From Oligoflexia bacterium (GTDB lineage: Bacteria; Bdellovibrionota; UBA1018), in NCBI GenBank assembly GCA_963758495.1, contig CAVWVI010000001.1:96001-160000 (forward strand): a DNA stretch of 64,000 bases, written 5' to 3'. Shown here piece after piece: positions 39,395 to 50,135 of this stretch. How positions within the stretch are numbered: the first letter of the stretch is position 1; every line of letters starts with the position of its first letter. A program made the position numbers and the translations under genes. Under the pieces are notes generated by a model. The model saw nothing but the letters and a program-made list of their open reading frames with translations, did not search any database and was not told the origin of the DNA.

Positions 39395-40511
39395 ATGTGG
39401 TCTCTACTCAAAGACAAAAACAAATTTGTAATTCGGAAATGGCAGAACGGTAAGTTTCTTAGGTTGCCAGTCAAACAATACAAACACATTCGAGAAGACG
39501 AAAAGCAATTAAAAGAATTTGTTGATAGGCTCAATGCACCCGAGCGGGTGAAAACCGCTGTAAAATGGAAGCACGCTTTCATAAGCCCTGAGCTGCTGGA
39601 CGAGTACAAAGAATTCTTGATGGCGCAGATACCCAACCAAGAAAACGCGCTCACTAATTATCACTACCTTATAAGTTATGGTCTCAATTTCTTTGTGGGG
39701 CGGCTAAACATAGAAAACCCAATCGACTGGTTTAAAGTTCATAAAACTCTATGGGCCAAGTTTCTCACTTCGAAAGATGCACCCCGTTCGGTAAAAACAA
39801 AGAGAACGATCGTTCAAGAAATGAACCGCTTTAATAAGGTGGCTTCATGATCGACGGCCTACCGAGGTTCCGGCCAGTTTAAAGTTTGAGCCAATTTCAA
39901 AAGCGAAGTTTAAAGAGATTGATGCCGAACTTAAAAGAACAGGGCAAAAAATTGAGGGTAAATATATAACTCAAGCCCACTGGAAAATAATTGAATCATC
40001 TCTTCCCACTGAAATTAGGTCTGTGGCTTTAATAAGTTACTACTATGGTTTGAGACGGTCAGAATCGCTTGCTGTAAAATTAGAAGATATAAAAATTAAA
40101 AATTTAAGAGTTTGCCAACAATTAGTGACCGTTGAACCGACATATAAAATTTTAAAAGGTCATGAAGAAAGATCTGTCCCCCACTGGTTTATAAAACCGA
40201 TCGAGCTTTACACGATTGTACAAGAAATACAGATAATTCATCCCGATTCAGTTACCGAGTTGTGGGGTGATCTAATGAAAAAACTCAACATGAGTTATCG
40301 GTTCCATGATTTAAAGCACAGGTTTGTAACTAATTGCTGGAAATTACCAAATGTAAAACCACGCGACATACAAACTGCGGCGGCTCACAAAAGCATTACG
40401 ACTACAATGCGCTACTCTCACATAGACACGACTGACAATGAAACGTTTATCGCCAGAAGCGAGTTAGGCACGTCCCTTGCCTCTATCCACCGCATGAAGT
40501 TATGTACTTAG
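39395..40511 (+). pseudogene. Tyrosine recombinase/integrase, frameshifted near 39839
   Basis: GLRRSE, FHDLKH and AHKSITTTMRY motifs; removing one base near 39839 joins the 39395 and 40023 ORFs. Confidence 0.8.
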
Positions 40512-40668
40512 AGAGGTTTTTACCCGACAGACCTGAAAAATAAACTAAATTACACTTTGCGGCTTCCGAACCTGTTTCAAGCAAAATATTAACTACTTAA
40601 ATCTGGCGGCAAAAGTTCTTACCGGCTCGCTAAATGGAACCTGAGCTATTTCATTGTAGTAAATTTAC

Positions 40669-40705
40669 AAATATCATAACAAATCAAATGGTTATGATAT
40701 TTTTT
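40669..40705 (+). terminator. Hairpin/terminator downstream of integrase
   Basis: AAATATCATAAC...GTTATGATATTT 12-bp stem followed by a T run. Confidence 0.45.
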
Positions 40706-40838
40706 AAATAAAATGACTTTTATAAAACATTTATATACAAATAGGCTTTAAAATGATACTGATGCTTCATCTGTTTTTAGAAAAATCCACACCCTGATTA
40801 TTGGTGGGACATTTTTGATATTTGATCCGAGTGAAATT

Positions 40839-41974
40839 ATGAAACTAGTAAGATCATTAAGTATATTAACTTTAGCTACTTTGGGTTCTTTAGCAGTAGA
40901 ATCTATCAGCTATGCAACCGAAAAGGCGCCTTTAACCTTTCGGGATAGGCTCAAACACCTATTCGCTTGTACCCACCACATAGAAGATGACCAGCACTCA
41001 GAAGAACCTCAGAATGTAATAGAGACCCCCTGCGTAGTAAGTGAACTCGTGAACCCAGTAGTAATAAAACAGAAATCACAACTTGAAAAACTAGACTTGG
41101 ATTCATTTGACTATATGGCTCATTTTTTAGACCCGGAGTCTTTGGACCATCTCTCTCATGCAAGTCACAGTCTTGAAAGTACAATCAATCAAGTAAAACC
41201 TCTGCTTAATAAAACGAATTTATTTAAAACTATCAATGAATCAGAACTTATGGAGATTAAGTCATGATGCAGAAAGAGTACTTAAATATAATGAAACAGA
41301 AAAAGTAGCCAGAACTGATAGATGATGTGAGATTGGATTTCCCAATATAGCGTTGAATTTGCTCTCTTGAAGAATAATGACCCAGAATTATTTGATCGAA
41401 TTGCTTATCATCTCAGATCCACTTTTATTAAAGTATTTAATAAGGTATTTCCGATTGCAAAAAAATTAAACAATCAATCATCACGACTTAAACTTCTCCG
41501 AGATCCTGACTAAAATTTCAGAGATTTCTCCTCATGTAGAGAATCTCATCATAAAAGAACTTGAAAAAGACCATATAGTGGATAAAGCTGAAATTTACAG
41601 ATTTTTAGCTCACATACCATTAATCGAGATTTTCTTTTTAAGTGTCTTGATTTAGTTAGAGAATTAAATATTGAGGAAAATATAGATAATTATCAAGAGC
41701 ACTCCCATTTGAAGCCAACGCATCTCTTAAGTCTATAAAAAAGAAGCTTCTTTATGGGGTAGCGTTTAACCCTATTTCTGATCAAGAAGTAATGGATGAA
41801 TTATTTAAGCTTCTACCAGAGACTCTTGAAAAAGACACCAATCTAATTCAATTTAAATTATACAAAGAAAACAGGGGCACTTTAAAAGCTTATAGCTGGT
41901 CTGGGGTCACGTCGTCTCTGATTTTTAGATTTACACCATCAAAGCATAAAGTTTGTACTTCCACAGCTAACTAA
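40839..41974 (+). pseudogene. Degraded exported protein with F-box-like motif
   Basis: Signal peptide MKLVRSLSILTLATLGSLAVESISYA; LEKLDLDSFDYMAHFLDPESLDHLSHASHSL; stop at 41267 followed by broken coding-like sequence to about 41974. Confidence 0.5.
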
Positions 41975-42154
41975 TCTTGGAACGACCATTCTAAAAATAT
42001 TACTTCTATTAACTCGTTGTAACTAAAGAACGTGGATTGGTCACAACCCCGTTATTTGTATTTTTAGGAGTTTCTTCATTAGATGCTATTGAACCAGAGC
42101 TTTCATTATCTTCATGAAACTTTGGAGTTAATATTGGACTCTGTAACTTGATTA

Positions 42155-44197
42155 TTATTTAGATCTATCATATTCATTATTGAGTGCATTTAGTATTTCC
42201 AAGCTTTCATCCAGCGTATCATAAGCCGCTACAGGTTGCGCTCTTCTCTCGCTTTCATCACGCTTTAGATCATCTTTAGTAGCTCTAAGAGCCATACTAC
42301 TCTCATCTGGCATCATTTTCGGAACTATTTTAGAAAATACAAATGGTGACTGTATAGGATTGGGTAAATTTGTTACTTGCGGTTCTGACTCTGGAATTTC
42401 GCTTGCCTTCTTTAGATTAGCAATCTGTATTTTTAAATTTTCAAGATCGGTATTAATTCGTACTCGCGTCGCGTTTGCAATGGCTTCCTTTAACTCCTGT
42501 TCTTGATTGTATCGATTTATTTTTAACTGAATTATTTTTTTATTATCTTCTGTGGCTTTAATTGTAGAGGCGCTTAACCCATCCCCGTTTATGTCAACAT
42601 TTTTTATATTTTCATCATAGCCACTACTACCAATACGTTTTTGTATTGCTGCGATTTCTGTTGCTGCGCTTTGATCACCTAAGCGGCCAAGTGGATGTGT
42701 TTCTTTATGTTGCTTAATGAAATCCTCAGTTTTTTTATTTTTTGTTTGGGTTTCATCATACGGATTAACGTTATTATCAATATTATTGTTTACAATATTT
42801 AAATGTTTATCAAGATGTTCGAATTGTATTTGTCTAACCTCGTCAGGTCCAAGACCTGCCTGGGACCAACCCGCCTCAGAAATAGCATGAATACTCTGTT
42901 TTCTATTCAGTTCTTTGTTGAGTTGAGCATTTCTTTCTTCAAATGCAGTGTTTGATTTTTGTTGTGTTTTATTCAGCCATTCTGATGCTTGATCTAAGTT
43001 TTTTATAATACTTTTATCGGTCTGTGTCTGATCTGCTTCGTTATTTTTATATTCTTCTTTAATTGAATTGATAGTTTTTTGATTGTGTTCAATGGATGTA
43101 TTTACGACCTTTTGATAAACTTTTTCCTTTTCAATGAGGACTTCTTTTCCTCTTTCTGGGCCAAGCACCATGGTTTGCATGAAGCTTCGAGCTGTTTGAG
43201 CACCTCCAACAGCGTCTAATGCAATACCTCCATTTTCAATGTCCTTTTTTAAATTTTCATCCAAACTCTGATCTTTACCTAGACTCGCCCCAGTTGTGGC
43301 ACCATATACCATAGAAGAACTAGCCAATTCTTTTACTGTTTTATGTTTATTTTCATTCTCATGTAATTGGGTACTTAAGCCACGGACGGGGTTACCTACT
43401 TGTTCTAATCGTTTTTCTCGTCCTTCCCCATTCTGATAGAGCATTCTATTTTGAATATTTTCATCCATGACTTCTGCTGTTTTACCAGCAGCACTACCAA
43501 ACACCTGTCCAATTACAGGTACAGGAGCATGAGCCAAACCAATAGCTGTCAAGCTTGCCCCAGATGTCAGACCTTTTGCACCTTTGGCTATAACAGGGTC
43601 CATATTATTAGGAATAAATGACTTAATCGCAATACTCCCTTTGTTCTTAGATGCACCTTTGGCAGAAAACTGATTTCCATTTCCAGAAATAGGAGAAAGT
43701 GGCGGTGAAAAATCAGATTTACCATTTAAAGAAGGGGTGTCGCGCTTGGATTCCTTATACGGTGTCGTTGAATGTTGCGAAGAATGATTGGCTTGGGAAT
43801 TACCGTGTGAGTGAGTAGCAGATAACTGCGACAGCCCACTGGAAGCTGCATTTACAAGAGTCTCCACTGGATGGAATGCCTTATGAACTACTTTATTAAA
43901 AGTGTCATTTTTTCCATCGATATGTTTTTCATGATTGATTAACTCATGGTCTTCCTTTGCTTTTTTAATCTGACTTTGCCCCTCTTCTCTTATTTTTACC
44001 ATCTCACTGGTCGCTGGAACACGTTTGTATTTTCTATTATTTAAAATATCTTTTGCTTTGTTTCTTATCTTTTTCATGTTTTCTATTTTTTGCTTTTGTT
44101 GCTGTAATTGCTCGGGAGTGAGAATAGTAGCCAACACGTAAGATGAAGTGAACAAAAGAAGAAACATTAATAAACCCGTAAAACGGAAAGGCTTCAT
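42155..44197 (-). CDS. Exported 680-aa hypothetical protein (island cargo)
   Basis: Signal peptide ending VLA; K/Q/N-rich helical regions and Gly/Ala-rich hydrophobic segments. Confidence 0.8.
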   Translation of the reverse strand: MKPFRFTGLLMFLLLFTSSYVLATILTPEQLQQQKQKIENMKKIRNKAKDILNNRKYKRVPATSEMVKIREEGQSQIKKAKEDHELINHEKHIDGKNDTFNKVVHKAFHPVETLVNAASSGLSQLSATHSHGNSQANHSSQHSTTPYKESKRDTPSLNGKSDFSPPLSPISGNGNQFSAKGASKNKGSIAIKSFIPNNMDPVIAKGAKGLTSGASLTAIGLAHAPVPVIGQVFGSAAGKTAEVMDENIQNRMLYQNGEGREKRLEQVGNPVRGLSTQLHENENKHKTVKELASSSMVYGATTGASLGKDQSLDENLKKDIENGGIALDAVGGAQTARSFMQTMVLGPERGKEVLIEKEKVYQKVVNTSIEHNQKTINSIKEEYKNNEADQTQTDKSIIKNLDQASEWLNKTQQKSNTAFEERNAQLNKELNRKQSIHAISEAGWSQAGLGPDEVRQIQFEHLDKHLNIVNNNIDNNVNPYDETQTKNKKTEDFIKQHKETHPLGRLGDQSAATEIAAIQKRIGSSGYDENIKNVDINGDGLSASTIKATEDNKKIIQLKINRYNQEQELKEAIANATRVRINTDLENLKIQIANLKKASEIPESEPQVTNLPNPIQSPFVFSKIVPKMMPDESSMALRATKDDLKRDESERRAQPVAAYDTLDESLEILNALNNEYDRSK

Positions 44198-44671
44198 AAA
44201 ATCGCCCTACTCCATATATGCATAACTGCTTTGTACACCATTATTGTAGCATAATGCAGGCGACTATTAATGGAGTTAAGATAATTTAAACATTCGCTTT
44301 TAATGCCACTCAAGTAAGTTACTTAATAACATGGCAACTATCTAATTTAGATTGAATTTGGTTGGGGTATAAGTCCTCTGAAAAGCTTGTCTTGAAATAT
44401 ATGAACCCCCTCAAAGAGCTTAATTCTCAGTCCAAAATTTGGCCCAAATTTGGGTCCATTTTCAGGTTTTCCGCCAAAAAGTAATAATCGTTGGTTTCTT
44501 CCTTAAAAGTCGAGTCCTTGTGCGTGCTGCACATAGCGTCTGAATCACTCAAAACTAATGATATAGGATCAAGAAGGCTAGTTTCTTTCTAAATCCACTC
44601 AAAACACCTTCACTAACAACTTGACCCAATTAATGCACTTAGCTATACCGCGAGGCGGTATAGCAACCAAG

Positions 44672-44718
44672 TTCATAACCCGGAGGTCGGGGTTTCGACT
44701 ACCCCCCCAGCCACCAAC
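44672..44718 (+). repeat. attR-like copy of the tRNA 3' half
   Basis: Identical to 39248-39294; preceded by hairpin GCTATACCGC-GAG-GCGGTATAGC (44642-44664). Confidence 0.9.
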
Positions 44719-44841
44719 TGAGTTCAACAATTGAGCGGGTATTTAGACGAACTACCCAATCAGCGCAGTTGATCCTCTAAAGTCCCTGACTTCCGCTGCT
44801 TTAAATGACATTTTAGGTATTTCAAAAATCTGCAGGGCGGA

Positions 44842-46176
44842 TCATTCCTGAATTAAACCATGAAGCGCTTTTTTGAATGTGCCTATTGAGAACAGGTCGC
44901 TTCGACTAGGTATATATTTCTCAACAATTCCCTCTGTTCCAAACTCAAGCACATAATTGAGAATATCATGCGAAACAATGAAAAGTGCAGAAAGTGGGCT
45001 GATATGACCGTGATAAAGCCCTCTTGGAAATCCAGAACCATCGGGCATCTCATGATGTTGGATCAAGATGGTATCCACGTCGGGTGGAATGTCATGAAAC
45101 TGTTGAGCATATTTAGCGGCTTGGATCGGATGTTGTTTAAAAATAAACATTTCTTTGGATGAAATTGAGAAAACTCGATTTGCTTCTTCTAGATTTTTTA
45201 ATGAAGCAATAGCGTTATCTTGAATAGGTAAGTCATGAAGAAAAGAAGCCAAGGTCAGTTTCAAGAATGTCGGTGCAGAACTCCATCCAAGCCTGAGAGC
45301 AAGAGCAATATTAATATCCGCCAACATCAAGCTATGCGTGGTCAGGTATTCGCCCTCGTGCTTTTTTAGTAGAGCCAGAATGCTTGAAAGGTGTGGCTTA
45401 GTTCCTAAGACTTTAATCGTAATATACGCAATTTTTTTAGTAAGCTCCTGTATTTGGGGAGTAAATCCAAGCTTGTCCACAAGATTGTGAATCATACCCA
45501 GAGCCTCGGTCGAAGCTTGACGTATTTCCTGGGAGTTGCCTTGAGCCTCTTCAGCCAACTGCGTCAAGGTGACTGTCTGTTTTTCGACCCATTCAGAAGC
45601 CTGCGATTTATAAATATAAAATGATTCAATTTTCTTTTTTTTGACGTACTTTTCTAAGTCTTCACTCGTAAAACTATCACCCTCTTTAAAAAGCTTACAA
45701 AACTTATTATGGCCCAGCCTAATAAAAACATCTGATTCGATAAGGGATTTATCCAATAATAACTGGGCTGAGATTTTAATAAAATCTATATCCAGTGTTT
45801 TAAAATCTTTAAAATAGCCTTTTTTTATAATGGCTTCGATCGACTTTAAGAACTCTTCAGAAATATTTTCCCTACCTATGGACTCAGTGGGTCCAGTTCT
45901 CACTCTTAAACTTTCACTCACCTTTTCTTTTTTATCACTGATCATCACACAAGGAACCTCTTTACCAACGGTGACTAAACAATTCAATAACGCTAATCCC
46001 TTTGAATAATAATCACAGATGATAAGATCGACTACCTCATCCCGATTTTCTAGAGTTTCAATAAACTGCTGAAATGAAGAAAACTCAACAACAATAGAAG
46101 ATGGAAACTTCTCATCCAAAAGCGGGAGTAAAATATCTCGAACTTCTTTCTTCTCTTCAGCTAAGAATATGTTCAT
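44842..46176 (-). CDS. Receiver-like domain + HD-GYP-like protein
   Basis: IFLAEE and DLIICD receiver-like N-terminus; LHD and HHEMPDGSGFPRGL motifs. Confidence 0.8.
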   Translation of the reverse strand: MNIFLAEEKKEVRDILLPLLDEKFPSSIVVEFSSFQQFIETLENRDEVVDLIICDYYSKGLALLNCLVTVGKEVPCVMISDKKEKVSESLRVRTGPTESIGRENISEEFLKSIEAIIKKGYFKDFKTLDIDFIKISAQLLLDKSLIESDVFIRLGHNKFCKLFKEGDSFTSEDLEKYVKKKKIESFYIYKSQASEWVEKQTVTLTQLAEEAQGNSQEIRQASTEALGMIHNLVDKLGFTPQIQELTKKIAYITIKVLGTKPHLSSILALLKKHEGEYLTTHSLMLADINIALALRLGWSSAPTFLKLTLASFLHDLPIQDNAIASLKNLEEANRVFSISSKEMFIFKQHPIQAAKYAQQFHDIPPDVDTILIQHHEMPDGSGFPRGLYHGHISPLSALFIVSHDILNYVLEFGTEGIVEKYIPSRSDLFSIGTFKKALHGLIQE

Positions 46177-46460
46177 AAAATTACGAATTCTATAGTTTTT
46201 TAAAGAATTTTTAAACTCTTTCTATAGACATCTTACATTCAATCGGAAGAAGTGCGCTGAATATTGAGAGTCATTAATGTAAATTAATGTAAATTAACGT
46301 TAATTTTGTAAATTGCGTAATTCACAAAGAATCTTTTTAACTCGCCGTGTCCAATCTCATTCTCTCTCTCTAAACTACTTGTCATTAGAACAGATGAGAA
46401 CAAATTAGAACAGGTATACCCTTTGCTCTTAACTTATAGAAAAAGAAAAGGGAAAGCACA

Positions 46461-46712
46461 ATGGCAACACAAAGGGTATCAACACATCGAACAAACGCAA
46501 TACGCCATAGACACGAAGCTTCCAGTATGACTCGAAAGTTATCCACTCAGCTCAGTACTAAGCTGAGTCAAGAGCCATGGCCAGTCGTAGGAGCTACTTT
46601 TGCTGGAGTTACGGGTATAGCACTTGCGATGATGATGGGTGTTGGAGAAGTCGCATGAGGAGCAGTGGCTGCGTATGCAGCATTTCGTGTGCTTCGTTAT
46701 CGTCGTATTTAA
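46461..46712 (+). pseudogene. Small membrane protein with internal in-frame TGA
   Basis: ORF ends at TGA 46656-46658, but the same frame continues GAVAAYAAFRVLRYRRI to TAA at 46712, completing a second TM helix. Confidence 0.45.
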
Positions 46713-46779
46713 CACAAATTGACTAACGACCCGCCATTCATCTATTCTTGTTCTAAAAGGTCTCAAGAGGATAAATTTT

Positions 46780-48414
46780 TTGGAACACGAAAACACCGCA
46801 TCTACCTACGCTCACCCCTCTTCTTGGTGGAGTCCTCTACGTTATTCAGTTTTTAGAGCGTTATGGATAGCGTCAATTGCCTCAAATATCGGCACATGGA
46901 TGCAAAATGTAGGGGCAACTTGGATGATGACATCACTTGCTCCCTCCGCTTTTATGGTATCTTTGGTCCAATCTGCAAATTTTCTCCCCGTTTTTCTCTT
47001 AGGACTTCCTGCTGGAGCGTTAGCTGATCTCATAGACCGTAGAAAACTTCTTCTCATCACGCAAACCTGGATGCTGGTTGCTGCTGCTCTACTTGGAATT
47101 CTTACGCTTTCTGGGAACCTATCACCCTGGTCTTTGCTTGGACTGAGTTTTTTTCTAGGTCTTGGGGCGGCGATGAATAGCCCAGCCTGGCAAGCTATCA
47201 TCTTTGAAATGGTTCCAGCCCATGAACTCCCCCCCGCTATTGCATTAGGAAGCGCCTCTTTTAATGTCGCACGTGCCGTCGGACCTGCACTCGGCGGCTT
47301 CGTCGTCGCCGCTCTGGGACCGGGAGCTAATTTTATACTCAATGCGATTTCCTTTCTCACCGTGATTCTAGTTCTCTATCGATGGAAACGAAAACCCATT
47401 AAAAATCCTGGCCCTCCAGAAAATCTAGCTGGAGCTATGAAAGCAGGATTGCGCTATGTTCGACACTCCCCTTCTTTACATCGAATCCTCATCCGAACAC
47501 TTGCCTTTGTCACTCCCGCCAGCGCAATCTGGGCACTCCTTCCAGTAATTACACACAATGAGTTAAAAAGCGGTCCAGGAACTTATGGGTTATTATTAGG
47601 ATGTCTCGGAACAGGTGCCGTCTTAGGCACCTTGGTTCTACCCTATTTTCGTCGTGCTACCTCAACGAACCGATTGATTGAGGTTATGATTTTTTTGTTT
47701 GCAGGGACCACCCTTACGGCGGCTTGGGCTCCACGCAATTTCCCTTTACTCGTTCTTGCACTGCTCATCGGAGGAGCTGCATGGCTTTGCACCCTTTCAA
47801 CTCTGAATACTTTAATTTCAATCTCTGTTCCAGAATGGGTTCGAGCACGAGCTCTTTCTATTTACTTACTCATCTTCTTTGGAGGCATGACAGCAGGAAG
47901 CGCATTTTGGGGAATCATTGCTTCAGAACTGAGCACCTCCACGTCCCTCACATTAGCTGGCATATGCTTGTTCTGCAGTCTCGCTTTAAGTCGCCCCATT
48001 CGACTCGTTGAGAATCCAAAGGAATTGAATCTGAATCCAGCTCGAAGCTGGTCTCACCCCTATCCTCGGGCTCCAATAATGTCTCCCCTCCTCACTCCAC
48101 GGCTAGAACAGAGACGAGTTTTAGTTACGATTGAGTATCAAATTGATCCGTCACAAGCTCAACACTTTGTGGCCGCTATTACAAAGGTGAAGTTCATCCG
48201 TAAACGCAATGGTGCCTCTCGTTGGGATTTATTTCAAGATACAGAAGTAGCAGGACGTTATTTAGAAGTTTTCTGGGTCGACTCATGGGCTGAACACTTA
48301 CGTCAACACGAAAGAATAACGGTATCTGATCAAAGCATTACAGACGAAGTCAAATCTTTTCATATCGCTGCCGAACTCCCCAAAGTCACTCACCTCGTCT
48401 CAGCGATTCATTGA
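46780..48414 (+). CDS. MFS transporter (MFS_3/DUF894-like) with C-terminal soluble domain
   Basis: FRALWIA..ASNIGTWMQ, GALAD..DRRKLL and SWAEHLRQHER motifs. Confidence 0.88.
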   Translation: MEHENTASTYAHPSSWWSPLRYSVFRALWIASIASNIGTWMQNVGATWMMTSLAPSAFMVSLVQSANFLPVFLLGLPAGALADLIDRRKLLLITQTWMLVAAALLGILTLSGNLSPWSLLGLSFFLGLGAAMNSPAWQAIIFEMVPAHELPPAIALGSASFNVARAVGPALGGFVVAALGPGANFILNAISFLTVILVLYRWKRKPIKNPGPPENLAGAMKAGLRYVRHSPSLHRILIRTLAFVTPASAIWALLPVITHNELKSGPGTYGLLLGCLGTGAVLGTLVLPYFRRATSTNRLIEVMIFLFAGTTLTAAWAPRNFPLLVLALLIGGAAWLCTLSTLNTLISISVPEWVRARALSIYLLIFFGGMTAGSAFWGIIASELSTSTSLTLAGICLFCSLALSRPIRLVENPKELNLNPARSWSHPYPRAPIMSPLLTPRLEQRRVLVTIEYQIDPSQAQHFVAAITKVKFIRKRNGASRWDLFQDTEVAGRYLEVFWVDSWAEHLRQHERITVSDQSITDEVKSFHIAAELPKVTHLVSAIH

Positions 48415-48902
48415 TTTTTTTGATGAGTTTTAATGAACCTTAATGATTCCTGTGCAACTTCATAAGAAAATCCTCGTCGTATCAAAGCCTGATATGCACG
48501 ATTTGCTTCAGCTCGATCCTCTGCTGCTCGAGGATACTTGCGTTCTAATACGGCCTGAGCGGCCTGTAATTCAGTCATTTGACCGACCTCTTCGGATACT
48601 GCCTTCACCTCACTGAGTTCAAGAGAAATCCCTTTTTCTCGCAATTTCTGGCGAATCACTTGAGGTCCCTTGCCGCGCGAAACCTGAGCGCGCGTCAGCA
48701 TTTTAGCAAATCGCTCATCACTGATGAGATTTGAAGCCACCAGATCAGAAACGACGTGAGAGGCCACCTGAGAGGAGACTCCCTTTTTAATCAAGTGCCG
48801 GTAAATATCTTTAGCAGAGCACTCCCTTCGGTCCAACCTTCGAAGTGCATACTCTTTTGCTGATTTGTCAGGGTCTTTTTCTAACGGTGTCATCCAAGCC
48901 AA
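48408..48902 (-). CDS. recX: Regulatory protein RecX
   Basis: ALRRLDRRE.S, SDERFA, KGPQVIRQKLREKGI and LIRRGFSYE motifs. Confidence 0.85.
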   Translation of the reverse strand: MAWMTPLEKDPDKSAKEYALRRLDRRECSAKDIYRHLIKKGVSSQVASHVVSDLVASNLISDERFAKMLTRAQVSRGKGPQVIRQKLREKGISLELSEVKAVSEEVGQMTELQAAQAVLERKYPRAAEDRAEANRAYQALIRRGFSYEVAQESLRFIKTHQKNQ

Positions 48903-48931
48903 TTTGCTTTAGAATTTAGCCTGAGTCACTT

Positions 48932-49975
48932 TCAATATTCAATCCCATAAGTACTGTAACGAGGTCCAAAAAGCCCCTCAGTCCGGCATAAGATAGTGCC
49001 ATCCGTCTTTACTCCGCAGATGCGAGAACCACTATCCTCAGAACCACCCACAGAGACTTGAGTATATGCACCCGGGAGAACTAAAGCTTTACCATCAATC
49101 CGAGAGCAAGAGATAGAGCCATCTGTCTTTAATCCGCAGGTGACAGCATTATTCGTAGAGACTTGAGTATAAGAGGTACCAGAAGGAACTACGGCGTCAC
49201 TCCAACGATACTCAAACCAACGAGGCTGCTTTATTATATACCCTACCCCCCAGCAAGAGATAGAACCGTCCATCCTCAATCCACAGGCATGGTTACAACC
49301 TGCAGAGACTTGCGTATAGGTGCCAGCAAGAATATGAGATTGGCCAAAAGAATATCCCCAACAGGAGAGAGATCCATCCGTCCTTAATCCGCAGATGGAA
49401 TTAGCACCCACAGAGACTTGGGTATAAGTACCAGGAGGACCATCATGAGTTCTGTAATAAAAATTATCACCCCAGCAAGAGATAGAGCCATCCGTCTTTA
49501 ATCCACAGGCGTACCCCACACCCGCAGAGACTTGGGTATAGGTGCCAGTAGGAACATGCGTTTGACCATGCCAATTATTCCCCCAGCAAGAGATAGAGCC
49601 GTCCATCCTCAATCCACAGGCATGGTTACAACCTGCAGAGACTTGCGTATAGGTGCCAGCAGGAACATGAGTTGGGCCATAAAGATCATCCCCCCAGCAA
49701 GAGATAGAGCCATCTGCTTTTAATCCGCAGCTGAAATTACTACCACCACATGGAGATACAGACACAGATACATAATAATTATAGAAGTAGGAAGCTACGA
49801 TTTTTGCCAAGTCAGGAATAAGAGGCGTTTTCTCATCCAATATTTTCAATACTTCTATTGAATCCTCTTTATGCATGATCTTTTTATGTGAAGCCCCGAA
49901 AGCAAAACTTACCTGAGTAAGGAGGGAACAAAAAAAAATAAACAATACAGATTTATATTTTAAATATTTCTTCAT
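48932..49975 (-). CDS. Exported RCC1-like repeat beta-propeller protein
   Basis: Signal peptide; seven CG(L/V).. DGSISCWG...YTQVSAG units (37 aa, 111 bp for the regular ones). Confidence 0.85.
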   Translation of the reverse strand: MKKYLKYKSVLFIFFCSLLTQVSFAFGASHKKIMHKEDSIEVLKILDEKTPLIPDLAKIVASYFYNYYVSVSVSPCGGSNFSCGLKADGSISCWGDDLYGPTHVPAGTYTQVSAGCNHACGLRMDGSISCWGNNWHGQTHVPTGTYTQVSAGVGYACGLKTDGSISCWGDNFYYRTHDGPPGTYTQVSVGANSICGLRTDGSLSCWGYSFGQSHILAGTYTQVSAGCNHACGLRMDGSISCWGVGYIIKQPRWFEYRWSDAVVPSGTSYTQVSTNNAVTCGLKTDGSISCSRIDGKALVLPGAYTQVSVGGSEDSGSRICGVKTDGTILCRTEGLFGPRYSTYGIEY

Positions 49976-50135
49976 TATTAAGTCGTAAATCCTAAAAAAG
50001 AATCAACCAATAAAGACTCTTATAGAGAAACTACTCCCTTATGTCCATTTAATAATAAAAGCAGAGACTTTCCTGCGAATCGTCTCTGAAATAATACTAG
50101 TCAGGAGCAGGTTCATCTCGCAAGTTTAGGAATAA

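Larger units (their letters stand above)
39248..44718. mobile_element. 5.4-kb genomic island integrated at the tRNA 3' end
   Basis: Exact 47-bp direct repeat (39248-39294 = 44672-44718), adjacent tyrosine integrase gene, visibly AT-richer cargo. Confidence 0.9.

Noticed and set aside
39395..44197. Integron or prophage
   Set aside because: No attC-like cassette sites or phage structural genes seen; tRNA att repeats explain the region as a simple island.
44672..44718. Second tRNA gene
   Set aside because: Only the 3' half is present; it is the att duplication.
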